Below are positions 63,255-64,000 of a stretch of 64,000 bases of DNA, one piece after another. The DNA lies in the NCBI GenBank assembly GCA_012295275.1, contig CM022667.1, positions 2,728,001 through 2,792,000 of the forward strand, given 5' to 3'. The DNA is from Chrysomallon squamiferum (taxonomy: Eukaryota > Animalia > Mollusca). The notes under the pieces are model-generated. The model was not told where the DNA came from and did no database searches. It saw only the letters and a program-made list of their open reading frames with translations. Position 1 is the stretch's first letter, and every line of letters begins with the position of its first letter. A program made the translations under genes and the position numbers.

Positions 63255-63983
63255 TTGTATATCTTTCATGTGTATCTATCTCTCTTTGCCTCTCTCTCTC
63301 GGTCTTTCTGTCTCTCTGTATCTATCTCTCTGTCTATTTGACTCTCTGTCTCCCTGTCTGTCTCTGTCTGTCTCTCTGTGAGTCTCTGTATCTGTCTCTG
63401 TCTCTCTCTTTCTATATATATATATATGTATATGTATGTGTGTGTATGTATGTATGCATGTATGTACAAACCTACATACATACATATATCTATTGTTTAT
63501 TTTATGTTAATAAAGGTTATTTTATGTCAATAAAGACCAGCAAAGGTCTCACCAGTTATATGACCAAAACAAACACTTTAAAAACTGCTACATAAAAACA
63601 CCAGCATCCAACTGCGTTCAAAATCTGAATGCTGGTCCTATTCATAACAAAAAAAATGATGTGATAAAGCCGTATGGCAAAACAAACGTCATCAAAGTTA
63701 ATTTTACCGCAAAGTCCAAAGTATCAGTGTGATTTGCATTTAGTTAAATAAAACAATTAATTAACTCAACATACGACAGAAACCGCAGAAACGACGACAG
63801 TTCTGTTGTGCCCACTGGACGTAAGCTCCCTGGCACGCCGATTTGCCGTAAGCGTCGCAGTTGCTGATGGCGTCTTCACACAACGGCGGAGTTGTCGTCA
63901 GCGGGTTGCAGTCGACCTTCTGACAACAGCCGCCTGCCTTTTCAAGTCGACAGGACGGCGGCAGGTTTGTGTAAGTAGGGCAC
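53386..63983 (-). CDS. Gene B (5'-partial): secreted-type modular protein VWC-ShK3-unassigned domain-VWC2, 14 exons in window
   Basis: Phase-consistent exon chain ending ...CPPGYIINYPPGYKQE* (TAG 53388-53386); same VWC and ShK modules as gene A. Confidence 0.87.
54001..54115 (-). CDS. Gene B exon, VWC-like N-half
   Basis: GCYYHNSFYQEGDTWDDGCDYTCRCVDGKTGFYQCKTR. Confidence 0.88.
54525..54616 (-). CDS. Gene B exon, VWC-like C-half
   Basis: CKVVAAPKFCTLVKPPGACCAKAVC. Confidence 0.86.
54850..55403. repeat. Degenerate-to-perfect minisatellite (ctggttacagaa core) abutting a donor site
   Basis: Near-perfect 59-bp units at about 55215-55395, decaying leftward. Confidence 0.8.
55404..55521 (-). CDS. 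Gene B exon, VWC-like N-half
   Basis: KCEYKGKKYNTGDTWQDGCDYNCTCVDEQTNFYHCDQL. Confidence 0.88.
56124..56150 (-). CDS. Gene B 27-nt micro-exon
   Basis: CYGNNTNKQ; tttcag/gtaagt; phase 1-1. Confidence 0.72.
56898..56948 (-). CDS. Gene B exon, end of unassigned domain
   Basis: ANPGKGDVMLITGHGGN; 51 nt. Confidence 0.76.
57336..57508 (-). CDS. Gene B exon, unassigned domain part 3
   Basis: DTSRGREFYASSSSGTGCDQTGWIMISTKGSCFYERSTSKPLFLYSNTGTKMRWGYT. Confidence 0.84.
57521..57628. repeat. 15-bp tandem repeat (aaacagttccagact), about 7 copies, next to an acceptor
   Basis: Directly visible. Confidence 0.9.
58107..58264 (-). CDS. Gene B exon, unassigned domain part 2
   Basis: IKLSIYKNGNETANIVFNAKGATKMNWMDPSRIMSSTFSDIKTAPHDIFSIRG; phase 0-2. 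Confidence 0.84.
58712..58887 (-). CDS. Gene B exon, unassigned domain part 1
   Basis: GWTILLKGVAGAPGDLYKLWSGSGTMNTNEPKAQDLTNHFKGHYKPDASNHWDKCDFDE; phase 1-0. Confidence 0.84.
59960..60064 (-). CDS. Gene B exon, Gly-rich linker
   Basis: GGSVGAIGGGISGTLPPHGILVNGVGSIWGSTGSQ; 105 nt. Confidence 0.72.
60745..61440. mobile_element. Possible non-autonomous (MITE-like) element
   Basis: CpG-richer island with a 12-bp perfect inverted repeat (gacaatcacgcg 60785-60796 / cgcgtgattgtc 61363-61374) and an internal (TA)n. Confidence 0.3.
62165..62209 (-). CDS. Gene B 45-nt linker exon
   Basis: GMATTASPIPTANSA; donor chosen to keep phase 1. Confidence 0.62.
62386..62556 (-). CDS. Gene B exon, ShK-like domain
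   Basis: CKDKLPNCVDYGASSCKEPYLEWAKINCNATCGIC. Confidence 0.87.
63014..63142 (-). CDS. Gene B exon, ShK-like domain
   Basis: CVDKIPNCDIFGKDTCKGAYEQWARENCMRFCNYC. Confidence 0.87.
63775..63983 (-). CDS. Gene B exon, VWC-like C-half plus ShK-like domain
   Basis: CPTYTNLPPSCRLEKAGGCCQKVDC...CEDAISNCDAYGKSACQGAYVQWAQQNCRRFCGFC. Confidence 0.87.
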
Positions 63984-64000
63984 CTGTTTTGAACAACGTT

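Noticed and set aside
62386-63880. ShK domains as stand-alone K+-channel toxins
   Set aside because: They are embedded modules in large multidomain proteins, and I see no flanking cleavage sites that would release them.

Overview
AT-rich, microsatellite-dense eukaryotic genomic DNA. It is probably a mollusc or other lophotrochozoan, inferred from domain content only. By reading splice sites I reconstructed two tandem, related multi-exon genes on the minus strand. Gene A starts at 49435 (signal peptide; TATA/Inr/CCAAT promoter) and runs off the left end. Its 61 phase-consistent exons (about 13.2 kb of CDS, >4,300 aa) encode SP - 2 VWA - 2 ShK - 2 VWC-like - ShK - 24 more VWC-like domains with Pro/Thr/Gly linkers. 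Twenty of the VWC-like domains form five 4-domain super-repeats. Two linkers are expanded into tandem arrays: a ~900-aa Pro/Tyr/Gly/Thr 19/38-aa array and a 6x32-aa array. Gene B enters from the right end and stops at 53386 (VWC - 3 ShK - an unassigned ~185-aa domain - 2 VWC). Introns repeatedly contain tandem copies of their own exon-intron junctions, plus decayed Tc1 and LINE fragments. Six 1-bp indels and one templated insertion interrupt gene A in this sequence; the indels are most likely assembly errors.
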